DNA of 61,376 nt, filler included. It is 7 parts of 7 records of this genome, joined end to end, with 100 filler letters (N's around TTAATTAATTAA, not from the genome) between each part and the next. Parts side by side here need not be neighbours in the genome. Positions count along the whole stretch, not along the records: positions 26,474 to 31,704 come from DRR723986_779; positions 31,805 to 38,119 come from DRR723986_781; positions 38,220 to 44,191 come from DRR723986_789; 4 more parts are not named here. The stretch is one strand, 5' to 3'. The notes beneath the pieces were generated by a model. It was not told the origin of the DNA. It saw only the letters and a program-made list of their open reading frames with translations, and did no database searches. Made by a program: the position numbers and the translations under genes. Of this stretch, positions 30,697-43,087 are shown in pieces; positions within the stretch are counted from its first letter, which is position 1; each line of letters starts with the position of its first letter.

Positions 30697-31704
30697 ATGT
30701 CGTTTTTCAAGAAACTCAAAGACCGGATGTTCAAGTCTTCGTCGAAGCTCGATGAAGGGCTGGATGCGATCATCGAGGACGGAGCGGTTGACGAGGAGGA
30801 ACAGGCCGAGGATTTGACGCCAGAGCCTGTAGCCAGGCAGGAGCCGGTTGCAGAAGGCCCGGACCCGGAGCCGGTCGTTGCGGACATTGAGCCGATCGCC
30901 GATGCCCCCGCGCCACAGCCAGCCCCGGTGCAACCCCAAGCCCCCGCGCCAGCCGCAAAACCCAGCCTTCTGGGCCGGATCATGGGGCGCAGCACAGCGC
31001 CGCGCCGGGCGCTTGATGACGATATGCTGGAGGAACTGGAAGAGCTGCTGATCACCGCCGATATGGGGGTCGAGACCGCCATGCGCGTCACCGCCAACAT
31101 GGCCGAGGGACGGTTCGGCAGGCTGATGACGGCGGGGGATATCAAGGCGCTGCTGGCGCAGGAGATTGGCCGGATCATGGAACCGGTTGCCAAGCCGATG
31201 CCGCTTTATCCGAAGAAACCGCAGGTGGTGTTGGTGGTGGGCGTGAATGGATCTGGCAAGACCACGACAATCGGCAAGCTGGCCAGCCAGTTCAAGGCGG
31301 CGGGGAAATCCGTGGTGATTGCGGCGGGCGACACGTTCCGCGCTGCCGCCGTGGAACAGTTGCAGGTCTGGGGGGACCGGGCAGGCGTGCCGGTGCTGAC
31401 TGCGCCCGAAGGGTCTGACCCGGCGGCACTGGCCTTCGACGCCATGACCAAGGCCGAGGCAGAGGGTGCCGATCTGCTGATGATCGACACGGCGGGGCGC
31501 TTGCAGAACCGCGCCGATCTGATGGAGGAACTGGCCAAGATCGTCCGCGTAATTCGCAAGAAAGACCCCGATGCGCCGCACAATACGCTGCTGGTGCTGG
31601 ACGCCACGACCGGCCAGAACGCGCTGAGCCAGGTTGAGACGTTTCAGAAAATGGCCGATGTCTCGGGCCTCGTGATGACCAAGCTGGACGGCACCGCCAA
31701 GGGC
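30697..31704 (+). CDS. ftsY: SRP receptor FtsY (3' truncated)
   Basis: MSFFKKLK, acidic/Pro linker, GVNGSGKTTTIGKLA, AGDTFRAAA, DTAGRLQN, TKLDGTAKG. Confidence 0.97.
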
Positions 31705-31804
31705 NNNNNNNNNNNNNNNNNNNNNNNNNNNNNNNNNNNNNNNNNNNNTTAATTAATTAANNNNNNNNNNNNNNNNNNNNNNNNNNNNNNNNNNNNNNNN
31801 NNNN
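31705..31804. other. Artificial contig linker
   Basis: N44-TTAATTAATTAA-N44. Confidence 0.99.
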
Positions 31805-31999
31805 GGAGATCACTTCGAAACCGTTGGTCAGGCGCACCTTGGCCACTTTCCGCATCGCGGAGTTCGGTTTCTTAGGAGTGGTTGTGTAAACGCGTGTACA
31901 TACGCCGCGCTTTTGTGGGCACTCTTGCAAGTGCATGGATTTGGATCGTTTGATTTTAGGCTGCCGCGGTTTGCGGATCAGCTGCTGGATCGTTGGCAT
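31805..31999 (-). CDS. rpsL: 30S ribosomal protein S12 (3' truncated)
   Basis: [12 protein letters not shown]...[34 protein letters not shown]. Confidence 0.98.
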
Positions 32000-32265
32000 T
32001 CAGGTTATCCCCGTCTTAGCTCACATGGTGCACGAGGAGGCCCCCATGCGGTTTCAAATTCGGTGCTTTGCGTCATGCAAAGACTTCTGCGTGGCCCCCT
32101 GTATGCGCCGCACGTGGTGCAACGCAAAATCACCGCAACGTTTCCGTACCGGGGAAAACGAGGCGGTGGGGCTACAGAGGATCGGGTCAGCATTAGACCG
32201 GATCTTGACCACTTTGGTTCTGATGTCGGTTTGGCGGGTTTTCCCCCACCTTCCGAGATAGCGGG

Positions 32266-32294
32266 CGTATAGGAGGTTGCAGCCCAGCTGTCAA
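32266..32294 (-). promoter_or_regulatory. Candidate sigma70 promoter of rpsL
   Basis: Minus strand TTGACA-N17-TATACG. Confidence 0.6.
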
Positions 32295-32379
32295 CAGCTG
32301 CCCCTCCCTTGCGCGGGCCTGCGCGGGCTGCAATGCTGCGGCATATTGCTGACCCCTCTGTGACAAGGCCCGCCCGCAT

Positions 32380-33204
32380 ATGCAAGCCATCGGCATTTGC
32401 CGCTTTTCCTACCCCGGTGACGGCGGTTTTCAGGTTGAACATGACAGCCTGAAGGCGCGGATGGACTATCTATATAGCCCTGCGCGCATGGGCGAACGCT
32501 TTGCCACCTTCGAGACAATGATGCTGCCGCCCCTGCGCGCCCAGACAGATGATGATTTCACACTGGCCGTGGTGATTGGCGACAGCCTGCCCACCCACTA
32601 CCGCGACCGGCTGGAGGCGCTATTGGCCGATATGCCGCAGGCGGTGATCCTGCCCCGCGCCCCCGGCCCGCACCGCAAAGTGATGCAAGACGCGATCAAC
32701 AGCGTCAGGCGATTCGATGACTCACCCTGCCTGCAATTCCGCATGGATGATGATGATGCCGTGGCCTGCACCTATATCGAAAAGCTGCGCCAAGCCGCCC
32801 GTGACGTCGCCCCGATGGCCGCCCGTCAGCGCCACATCGCGATAGATTTCAATCAAGGCTATATCGTACAACCCGGACCGGACGGTCTATTGGCCGCGCC
32901 CACTCAAGTGCCCTACGCCACCGCCGCATTGGCGCTGATGATCCGGCACGATCTGCCGCTGAGCGTGATGAACTTTGCCCATATGAAGGTGGGCCGGAAA
33001 ATGCCCACCGTGACATTCACAGGCGAGGATATGCTGCTGCGCGGGCATAACGCCTATAACGATTCCCGGCAAAAACCCGGCATCAAACAGCCCGATTTTG
33101 CGCCGCTGGATGCCGCTGCCAAAGCCCACTTCAAAAAGACCTTTAACGTGGATGCAGGCAAGGTCGCTGCCGCCTTTGCCGCGCTGCCATCAACCGCCCG
33201 CTAA
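32380..33204 (+). CDS. Putative rhamnosyltransferase-family glycosyltransferase
   Basis: MQAIGICRFSY, LPPLRAQTDDDF, QFRMDDDDAV. Confidence 0.82.
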   Translation: MQAIGICRFSYPGDGGFQVEHDSLKARMDYLYSPARMGERFATFETMMLPPLRAQTDDDFTLAVVIGDSLPTHYRDRLEALLADMPQAVILPRAPGPHRKVMQDAINSVRRFDDSPCLQFRMDDDDAVACTYIEKLRQAARDVAPMAARQRHIAIDFNQGYIVQPGPDGLLAAPTQVPYATAALALMIRHDLPLSVMNFAHMKVGRKMPTVTFTGEDMLLRGHNAYNDSRQKPGIKQPDFAPLDAAAKAHFKKTFNVDAGKVAAAFAALPSTAR

Positions 33205-34056
33205 CTTGCGCTCACGGTAAAGCGTAAAGATCCCGGTTCCCACAACAATGCCCGCGCCGGTCAATGTCATCCATCCGGGCCATTCGCCAAAGAACACAAA
33301 CCCCAGCAGCAATGCCCAGACAAGCCCCGTGTACCGGAACGGCGCGATGAACGAGACATCGCCAACCCGCATCACGTGGATGGAAAAGAAATAGCCGCCC
33401 AGCACCAGCACAGCAGATGCCGCAATCAACAGCCCGACCGATGGGTCAACCGCGACCCAAGGCTCTGTCAACGACGCCAGACCAGCCGCAATCAGAACCG
33501 TCAGCGCCGTAACCAGAGTGACCGTCATCGACGGCACAGAGGGCGACAGTTTACGGGTGATCAGATCGCGGAAGGTCACGCCCAACATCGCGATCACCGC
33601 ATAAAGGGACCAGACGTTAAACCCGTCCGCCCCCGGCTTGACGATCAACAGCACGCCGACAAAGCCAACCGCAATCGCAACCATCCGCCGCCAGCCCACA
33701 GCCTCGCGCAGAAAGATCGCAGAGGCCAGTGTCACCGTCAAAGGCACACATTGCAAAATCGCGGTCAGGTTCGCCAAAGGCATGTTGAACAGCGCGGTGA
33801 GAAAGAAATATGCGATCATCGCCTCGGTCACCGCCCGGATCATGATCAGCACCCAATCGCGCCGCGCAATGTCAAAATGCAATGCGCCAAGCCGCCCCTT
33901 CGTGGCAAGGATCAACGCGCAAGAGATCAACCCGCGCAAAAACAACAGCTGAAACAGCGGCACCGCGCCACCGGTCAGTTTCAGGACCGCATCGCTGACC
34001 ACAAAACAGGCCATCGACGCCATCATCAACAGCGCACCCACCAGATTTGGCGACAT
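33190..34056 (-). CDS. DMT/EamA family transporter
   Basis: About 10 TM segments; MPLANLTAILQ, EAVGWRR, IAPFRYTGL. Confidence 0.9.
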   Translation of the reverse strand: MSPNLVGALLMMASMACFVVSDAVLKLTGGAVPLFQLLFLRGLISCALILATKGRLGALHFDIARRDWVLIMIRAVTEAMIAYFFLTALFNMPLANLTAILQCVPLTVTLASAIFLREAVGWRRMVAIAVGFVGVLLIVKPGADGFNVWSLYAVIAMLGVTFRDLITRKLSPSVPSMTVTLVTALTVLIAAGLASLTEPWVAVDPSVGLLIAASAVLVLGGYFFSIHVMRVGDVSFIAPFRYTGLVWALLLGFVFFGEWPGWMTLTGAGIVVGTGIFTLYRERKLAGG

Positions 34057-34869
34057 TCAGAACCCTTCCAGCATTTCAGGGGTCAGATCAAACCCCTCGC
34101 GCAAGTTGCGCCGGATACCCGCCGGACGCAACTGCCCGCGCCGCCCCGTGGTGGAGGCCGCAGAATCGTTGTCCTGATGCACCGACCGGATGAACATCGG
34201 CCGCGTCGTTTCGGTGTAGCAGTCGTAGTATTCCGTCAGTTGACGGTGATTGCGCCGGAAAATTGTGGCCGGATCGCCTTTGGGTGCAATCATCGTCAAC
34301 CCGATCCCCAGTGGCGTGCGCTCATACCATTCGGTGATCGGCTCAGGCGCAGAGGGGTCGAAATAAAAACCCCGGTTGAACCCGATCACAAATGGCCGCT
34401 TGGTCTCGCGGGTTTGCAACAACGCGCCGCCCAAGCTGCGAATGCGGGCCAGCGTGCTGCGGTGCATCGCGTCATCGTCATCTTGCCGGAACGTCGCAAT
34501 ATGGGTCGCCTTGGCCTGATCCGGCAGCGCGGCAAATGCCCGCTTGACCGCTTGAATATGCACCATCGGCGGCAGGGCAACGATATGGGCCTGCTTGAAA
34601 TCGACCAACAGGTTTTCAAGCCGCTGTCGCGCCGCGTCCGGCAAGCTGTCGCCAATCAGGATCGCCACCGAAAAATTCGGATCATCCTGTATCGCCAGAG
34701 AATGCAGCGCCAGACGTTCAAACAGCGCAAACCGCCGTTCAAGCCTGTCTGGATCATAAAGCGTTGTGCGGGCTTTCTCGATTCCCTGCGCCGAATGGGC
34801 AAAGCCGTTTTCGGACAGGTATGAAAACCGTATCAACCCTTTGATCTGTATCCGGTGTGCCTGTACCAT
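34057..34869 (-). CDS. Putative rhamnosyltransferase-family glycosyltransferase (second paralog)
   Basis: GLIRFSY, RLERRFALFE..LHSLAIQDDPNF, TFRQDDDDAM, HQDNDS. Confidence 0.8.
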   Translation of the reverse strand: MVQAHRIQIKGLIRFSYLSENGFAHSAQGIEKARTTLYDPDRLERRFALFERLALHSLAIQDDPNFSVAILIGDSLPDAARQRLENLLVDFKQAHIVALPPMVHIQAVKRAFAALPDQAKATHIATFRQDDDDAMHRSTLARIRSLGGALLQTRETKRPFVIGFNRGFYFDPSAPEPITEWYERTPLGIGLTMIAPKGDPATIFRRNHRQLTEYYDCYTETTRPMFIRSVHQDNDSAASTTGRRGQLRPAGIRRNLREGFDLTPEMLEGF

Positions 34870-34896
34870 CCGCGCCCTGCTACTTTTCTCTGCAAC

Positions 34897-36774
34897 CTAG
34901 GGCAAAGACGAGGCTGGCAAAAGCACCTGATCCAGAAAAGCCGAAAGTCCTGCGTGATCCGTCAGCGCATAAACCCCCGCCACAAACTGATCGGGTCGGA
35001 TCAGCACCATCGCGCCGCGCTGCCGGTCAATGCCGCGCATATCAAAGACATCACCAGCGCCGGAATGATCCGCACAGAATATCTTTTCATAATCGGTCAG
35101 TCCCAGCCGCCCCTTTGCAGGCCGCAACGCGGGTGGCATCACGCCAATGTCCAAGTGCCGATGGCCTTGCTGAAACACCGCCCGCAGATCAATGACCGCG
35201 TCGCAGTCGTCGCCTGTGCAGGTCACCTTGGCCACGGTTCCAGATGCAAGCGCATCACAGGCATCGGCCATGGCCCCGCCCGCAACGCCGGTGTCCCCCT
35301 CGGGCGAAAAGAGGATCACCCGCCAACGTCCGTCCGCCCGCATGACATGACCAAGCTGCATAGGTTTGGCATCCGCCAACCGGATCACCGGTGCAGAGTG
35401 AAACCGCGCACCAACAAGCAATCCAGCCGCAAGGCTTTGGTCGCATCCTGCCGCGATGACCGCCGATGGATCATACCGCGTTTCCACACCCGCCGTGTAT
35501 CGGCCATGCTTTTGAAAATACGCCTGAAACCTCGCCTCCTCACTGGATTTACGATCTTTCGAGCTGAAGAGTTTGGCCATTTCACGATCAAAATCTATCA
35601 ACTCCTGCGCTTTGGCCTGCCGTTCCTCTGAATAGCTTTTCAAAAGCCTCGGCGCCGCCTGCCCGCGCAGAACAGCGGTCAGTTTCCAACCCAGATTAAA
35701 CGTGTCGGCCATGGATACATTCATGCCCTGCCCCGCCTTGGGGCTGTGGGTGTGGCAAGCATCCCCGGAGATAAACACATGCGGATCGTCCCCGCTATGC
35801 AAAGCTCCGCCCAGATTGTCGAACCGTGCCGAGACCCGCTGCCCGATCTCATAGGCCGAGCACCAGACAACCTCTTTCACGTCAAACTGATAAGGCGACA
35901 GGATCGCACGCGCCCGCTGGATCAACATGTCCGGTGTCACATTGCGGTCCGCTGCGCGTTCATCGTCTTTCAGCGCATCCAGCTCAATATAGAGCCGCAC
36001 CATGGTCCCGCCCTCACGCGGAATGATCAGAATACTGCCCGCATCGGCAGATTGGATCGCGCACTTCAGCCGGATGTCCGGGAAATCCGTGACCGCCAGC
36101 ACATCCATCACCCCCCAAAGCTGCCGCGCCGCTTGTCCTTCAAGACGCAGCCCCATGGCTTTGCGCACCGCGCTGCGGGCACCGTCACAGCCGACGACAT
36201 ATTGCGCCCGCACGACCTCATCCTCGGCTCCGTTCAACCCGCGCAACTGCGCCACAACCGGATGCGTCGCCCCTTGCTCAATGCGCAGCCCGTCCAGTTC
36301 AAGATCATAATCCGGGATCAAGCGGCCGGGCGCTTTGGCCATTTCTTCGAGAAAGAAGTCATGCACACGCGCCTGACTGAGAATGGTATGGGGCATTTCC
36401 GACAGGTCATCTTCGACATCTTTGATCCGGCCCGCGCGGGCTATGCCGCCGTCCGAAGCGGGACGCCAAAAACACGTCTCGTTCACCCAATAGGCTTCTT
36501 TCTGGACGCGATCCGCGAAACCGAATGCCTCGAACATCTCCATGGACCGGCAGGCGATACCGTCGGCCTGCCCCATCTCAAGCGGCCCTGATTTGCGCTC
36601 TACTATGCGGGTCGTGATATCGGGAAACTGCGCAAGTTGAGCCGCGAGGGTCAGGCCTGCGGGCCCGCAACCGATGATCAGGACATCAACCCTGGACCGG
36701 TCCCGGTCTTCGGCCCCCCTTTTGGCCCGCACGGAAGGGTCACCAGGCTTAAACCCATCGTAATGATATTGCAT
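34897..36774 (-). CDS. FAD-dependent aromatic monooxygenase, 3-hydroxybenzoate 4-hydroxylase (MobA) / phenol hydroxylase type
   Basis: MQYHYDGFKPGDP..VDVLIIGCGPAGLTLAAQL, GQADGIACRSMEMF, GCDGARS, GDACHTHSPKAGQGMN, C-terminal thioredoxin-like domain (IRPDQFV). ATG 36774. Confidence 0.88.
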   Translation of the reverse strand: MQYHYDGFKPGDPSVRAKRGAEDRDRSRVDVLIIGCGPAGLTLAAQLAQFPDITTRIVERKSGPLEMGQADGIACRSMEMFEAFGFADRVQKEAYWVNETCFWRPASDGGIARAGRIKDVEDDLSEMPHTILSQARVHDFFLEEMAKAPGRLIPDYDLELDGLRIEQGATHPVVAQLRGLNGAEDEVVRAQYVVGCDGARSAVRKAMGLRLEGQAARQLWGVMDVLAVTDFPDIRLKCAIQSADAGSILIIPREGGTMVRLYIELDALKDDERAADRNVTPDMLIQRARAILSPYQFDVKEVVWCSAYEIGQRVSARFDNLGGALHSGDDPHVFISGDACHTHSPKAGQGMNVSMADTFNLGWKLTAVLRGQAAPRLLKSYSEERQAKAQELIDFDREMAKLFSSKDRKSSEEARFQAYFQKHGRYTAGVETRYDPSAVIAAGCDQSLAAGLLVGARFHSAPVIRLADAKPMQLGHVMRADGRWRVILFSPEGDTGVAGGAMADACDALASGTVAKVTCTGDDCDAVIDLRAVFQQGHRHLDIGVMPPALRPAKGRLGLTDYEKIFCADHSGAGDVFDMRGIDRQRGAMVLIRPDQFVAGVYALTDHAGLSAFLDQVLLPASSLP

Positions 36775-36848
36775 AAAAAGCTCCGGCTCGGAAATGCGCC
36801 CCTGCCACGCTATCACAGCCGCCCGCCTTGCCAAGTCTTCTGCCCGCC

Positions 36849-36890
36849 AAAAGAAAAAGCCCCCGCAGCGGTCAGGCTGCGGGGGCTTTT
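36849..36890 (-). terminator. Rho-independent terminator after rpoC (bidirectional-type)
   Basis: AAAAGCCCCCGCAGC-ggtcag-GCTGCGGGGGCTTTT with A/T tracts on both sides. Confidence 0.88.
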
Positions 36891-36910
36891 GATTTCGATT
36901 TTAGATCAGA

Positions 36911-38119
36911 TCAGCTGCGGCTGTCGTCGTCTGTGATCACCGTGTCAAACACGTCACCACCCACGATGTCATCCGAGCTGGCCGTTGGCGCAGCAAGCGC
37001 GGCGGCGGCTTCGGCCTCTTCGCGGCGGGCCTCAATCACGACATTGTCGCGATCTTGCGCCACTTTGCGCATCTGCTGCGTTGCACCGCCGGTGCCCGCC
37101 GGGATCAGACGACCCACGATGACGTTCTCTTTGAGGCCAACCAGCTTGTCACGTTTGCCCTGCACCGATGCTTCGGTCAGAACGCGCGTGGTTTCCTGGA
37201 AGGACGCGGCAGAGATAAAGCTGCGGGTCTGCAACGACGCCTTAGTGATGCCAAGCAGGATCGGTTCGCCCTTGGCAGGACGGCCACCTTTCGACAGCGC
37301 CTTTTCGTTGGCGTGATCGAATTCCTGTTTGTCCACGTGTTCACCCTTGAGCAGCGTGGTGTCACCAGATTCCTGGATCTCCCATTTCTGCAACATCTGG
37401 CGCACGATCACTTCGATATGTTTGTCGTTAATCTTCACACCCTGAAGGCGATAAACATCCTGCACTTCGTCGATCATGTAGTCGGCCAAGGCCTCAACAC
37501 CCATGATGGACAGAATGTCGTGCGGCGCTGGGTTGCCGTCCATGATGTAATCGCCCTTCTGGACAAAATCACCTTCCGCAACCGGAATGTGTTTGCCCTT
37601 CGGCACCATGTATTCGACCTTCACATCGGCATCGTCAGAGGACTCAATCGCGATACGGCGCTTGTTTTTGTAGTCCTTGCCAAAGCGCACATAGCCGTCG
37701 ATTTCCGCGATGATGGCGTGATCTTTGGGGCGACGTGCTTCAAAGAGTTCGGCCACACGTGGCAGACCACCGGTGATGTCCTTGGTTTTGGCACCCTCAC
37801 GCGGGATACGCGCAACAACGTCACCGGCCTGAATTTCGGCACCGTCCTCAGTGGACAGAACCGCATCAACAGACATCGGATAGGTCACAGGGTTGCCCGC
37901 ATCATTGCGCACGGGTTCGCCGTCGGCATCGACCAGAATGATCTCTGGCTTCAGTTCGTTGCCTTTGGGCGCTGCACGCCAGTCGATCACGATCTTCTGG
38001 GTCATACCGGTCGCATCATCGGTCTCGTCGCGGACAGCAATGCCCGAAACCAGATCAACAAATTTGGTTGTACCGGATTTCTCGGCGATGATCGGCAGTG
38101 TGTAGGGATCCCATTCAAA
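36911..38119 (-). CDS. rpoC: RNA polymerase beta' subunit (C-terminal part)
   Basis: [66 protein letters not shown]; frame open to the gap. Confidence 0.98.
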   Translation of the reverse strand, partial: FEWDPYTLPIIAEKSGTTKFVDLVSGIAVRDETDDATGMTQKIVIDWRAAPKGNELKPEIILVDADGEPVRNDAGNPVTYPMSVDAVLSTEDGAEIQAGDVVARIPREGAKTKDITGGLPRVAELFEARRPKDHAIIAEIDGYVRFGKDYKNKRRIAIESSDDADVKVEYMVPKGKHIPVAEGDFVQKGDYIMDGNPAPHDILSIMGVEALADYMIDEVQDVYRLQGVKINDKHIEVIVRQMLQKWEIQESGDTTLLKGEHVDKQEFDHANEKALSKGGRPAKGEPILLGITKASLQTRSFISAASFQETTRVLTEASVQGKRDKLVGLKENVIVGRLIPAGTGGATQQMRKVAQDRDNVVIEARREEAEAAAALAAPTASSDDIVGGDVFDTVITDDDSRS

Positions 38120-38219
38120 NNNNNNNNNNNNNNNNNNNNNNNNNNNNNNNNNNNNNNNNNNNNTTAATTAATTAANNNNNNNNNNNNNNNNNNNNNNNNN
38201 NNNNNNNNNNNNNNNNNNN
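38120..38219. other. Artificial contig linker
   Basis: N44-TTAATTAATTAA-N44. Confidence 0.99.
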
Positions 38220-38894
38220 CGGCACCCGCGCCTCGCGCTGCACCAGCCCGACGAGGCCTTTGCCGCCGCGCGGCACTATGACGTCGATATGATCCGTCAT
38301 GGTCAACATCTCGCTGACCGCCGCGCGGTCACGGGTGGGCACGCGCTGGATTGCATCCTCGGGCAGACCGGCTGCCTTCAGCCCCTCGACGAGGCAGGCG
38401 TGGATGGCGCCGGAGGAATGAAAGCTCTCGGAGCCGCCGCGCAGGATCACGGCATTGCCGGCCTTTAGGCACAGCGCGCCGGCATCCGCCGTCACGTTGG
38501 GCCGCGATTCGTAGATCACGCCCACGACGCCCAGCGGCGTGCGCACGCGCTGGATGTGCAGGCCCGAGGGCCGGTCCCATTCCGAGGTCACGGCGCCGAC
38601 CGGATCGTCCTGCGCCGCGACCGCACGCAGGCTGTCGCAGATGTCCTTGATGCGGTCCTCGCTCAGGGTCAGCCGGTCCATCATGGCATCGGTCAGCCCC
38701 TTCTCGCGGCCGTAGTCGAGATCCTTGGCATTGGCCTCGACGATCTCGGCGCGGCGGGACCAGACGGCATCCGCCGCGGCCTCGAGCGCCTTTTGCTTGG
38801 CTTCGGATGGGGCAAAGGCAAGATCCGCTGCAGCCGCACGCGCGCGCGCGCCGATGTCATGCATCAGGGCGGGGATGTCGGTGAGATCCTTCAT
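38220..38894 (-). CDS. proA: Gamma-glutamyl phosphate reductase (3' truncated)
   Basis: [43 protein letters not shown] 38894. Confidence 0.96.
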
Positions 38895-38970
38895 GGGTCT
38901 GGCCTTGTGTGGAGAGGGGGTGAATTCGGTATTTTTACCAAGAAGAAGACGGGGGCGCAAAGGGCTTCGG

Positions 38971-41141
<2,171 letters not shown>

Positions 41142-41270
41142 CTAGCGGGTTTTCGGCGGAGGAACAAGCGAGCGACCGGCGCGGACGCCGGTCAGCTGCC
41201 TGAAGCGTGACGGACCGGATTGCTTCGCCCGGTCACGACGCGGGCCCTGCCCGCCGGGCGGCGGAGGCCG

Positions 41271-41807
41271 TCAGAGTTTGCGCAGGTAGGTCCAGGTCGG
41301 GACCTTGGCGGCGCGGGCTACGGAATAGGCCTCGGCATCGCCGATGTATTCGAAGCCGCAGTTCACCAGAACCCGCGCCGAGGCCGGGTTGTCCTGAAAG
41401 ACGCTGGCGAACATGGTGGCGTTCTGCATCGGGTTGGCCTCGACGAGGGCGCGCACGGCATCCGACGCCAGTCCGGTGTTCCAGAACGGCGGCGCGACCC
41501 AGTATCCGACTTCGGACTGGTTGCCCTCCATCCGCTCCAGCGCGATGACGCCCATCAGTTCGGCGCCGCCGGATTTGGTGGCATCCATGGCCCAGACGTC
41601 CTCGACCCGTTCGGAGGCGATGGCGCGGGTGACGAAGGCCTCGGTCGCGCCGGGCGGCAACGGATGAGGAATGGAGGTCGTCATGGCGGCCACCCGTTTG
41701 TCGCCGGAGTAATGTTCCAGCAATCCGGTATCGGACCGGCGCAGCGGGCGCAGGTCGAACCGTTCGGTTTCGACCGTGGGTTGATCCATGACGTTTTGAA
41801 GGCCCAT
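41271..41807 (-). CDS. GNAT N-acetyltransferase (RimJ/RimL-like)
   Basis: ETERFDLRPL, IPHPLP, EVGYWVAPPFWNTG, NPASARVLVNCGF; RBS GAGGAG before ATG 41807. Confidence 0.88.
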   Translation of the reverse strand: MGLQNVMDQPTVETERFDLRPLRRSDTGLLEHYSGDKRVAAMTTSIPHPLPPGATEAFVTRAIASERVEDVWAMDATKSGGAELMGVIALERMEGNQSEVGYWVAPPFWNTGLASDAVRALVEANPMQNATMFASVFQDNPASARVLVNCGFEYIGDAEAYSVARAAKVPTWTYLRKL

Positions 41808-41969
41808 CTGCACTCTCCTCTCGTGCAATCGCCTGTAAAAAGGGTCCTGCGAACCCCGCGGATACAAGTCGTTTCTGTTCTCTATGTGACCGATCCGTGC
41901 CGTGGAAACGGCAAGGGGGACCGGCCTTTCAGCCGATCCCCCGAATGTCCTGCGACGTCGTCGGTCGGC

Positions 41970-42239
41970 TTACTCCGCAGCCTCGGCCACTGGCAGCACC
42001 GAAATGAAGGTGCGGCCCTTGAGGCCCTTGCGGAAGGTCACGGCGCCCTCGGAGGTGGCGAAGATCGTGTGGTCACGACCCATGCCAACGCCTTCGCCCG
42101 GCCAGAACTTCGTGCCGCGCTGGCGGACGATGATGTTGCCCGGGATGGCCGCCTGGCCACCGTAGAGCTTCACGCCAAGACGGCGTCCGGCGGAGTCGCG
42201 ACCGTTGCGGGAGGAACCGCCTGCCTTTTTATGTGCCAT
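41970..42239 (-). CDS. rpmA: 50S ribosomal protein L27
   Basis: [31 protein letters not shown]. Confidence 0.98.
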   Translation of the reverse strand: MAHKKAGGSSRNGRDSAGRRLGVKLYGGQAAIPGNIIVRQRGTKFWPGEGVGMGRDHTIFATSEGAVTFRKGLKGRTFISVLPVAEAAE

Positions 42240-42264
42240 GTGTCTCTCTCCTTGCTATCGCGGC

Positions 42265-42891
42265 TTACGCCAGCGTCTTTGCCTGCTCGACCCACTCGGC
42301 CTTCACCTTGGCGCCCTCGAAGGTCTCGGGGTCCACCGCGGCGAGGTCGGCATAGGTGTTGATGCCGGCTTCGTTCAGCTTCTTGGCGGCGGCGGGGCCG
42401 ACACCGGTGATCTTGGTCAGGTCGTCGCCCGTGGCCGACTTTTCCTGCGCCTCGTTCTCGACGACGCGGCGGGCCATCTCGGCCTGCTCGGTCTTGTTCT
42501 GGGCGTACTGGCCGTCACCCTTGCCGCGCGGCAGGATGCCGGCACCGACTGCAGCCTTGACGCCGGTCTTGTCGCCACCTTCCGAGAGGATCTCGGTGAT
42601 CTTGAGCAGGGTCAGCTGCTGGCGGTGGCCCTTGGTGCGCTGCGAGCTGTGCTTGCGGCGACGCTTGACGAAATGGATGAGCTTCTCGCCCTTGATCTGG
42701 TCCACGACCTCGGCCTGCACGGCGGCACCGGCCACGAAGGGCGCACCGACGACGGTGCTGTCGCCACCGATCATCAGGATGTCGTTGAACTGGACGGTCT
42801 CACCGGCGTCTGCCGCCAGCTTTTCCACCCGGAGCGTATCGCCGGCCGCAACCTTGTACTGCTTGCCACCGGTCTTCATCACCGCGAACAT
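42265..42891 (-). CDS. rplU: 50S ribosomal protein L21 with C-terminal helix-hairpin-helix extension
   Basis: MFAVMKTGGKQYKV..KGHRQ, then DDLTKITGVGPAAAKKLNEAGI..WVEQAK. Confidence 0.96.
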   Translation of the reverse strand: MFAVMKTGGKQYKVAAGDTLRVEKLAADAGETVQFNDILMIGGDSTVVGAPFVAGAAVQAEVVDQIKGEKLIHFVKRRRKHSSQRTKGHRQQLTLLKITEILSEGGDKTGVKAAVGAGILPRGKGDGQYAQNKTEQAEMARRVVENEAQEKSATGDDLTKITGVGPAAAKKLNEAGINTYADLAAVDPETFEGAKVKAEWVEQAKTLA

Positions 42892-43002
42892 GCGCGTCTT
42901 CCTTTTCTCTTCCGCGTCCTGCGGCCCCCGGGACGTCCCGGGCGTTTCGGGCCGGGGGTCCGGCCGCCTCGAACAGCGCGCCCCGTCGGGGGCATCGGTT
43001 CA

Positions 43003-43037
43003 CAAAAAACAAAAGGCGGGGCCGAAGCCCCGTCCTT
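43003..43037 (-). terminator. Terminator-like UUCG hairpin with U-tract
   Basis: Minus strand AAGGACGGGGC-TTCG-GCCCCGCCTTTTGTTTTTT. Confidence 0.7.
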
Positions 43038-43087
43038 GTGCGTGCGGGGTCACTACCCCGCCCGGACGCCGGTTGTCAAGGCCCCGG

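Noticed and set aside
30594..31193. 277-aa version of the YdeI/OmpD ORF
   Set aside because: The extension is antisense to ftsY; only the last 77 aa look like a real protein.
14602..36774. Hydrocarbon/plastic-degradation cluster (hydrolase + alkB + mobA)
   Set aside because: The three genes are on different contigs from at least two different taxa.
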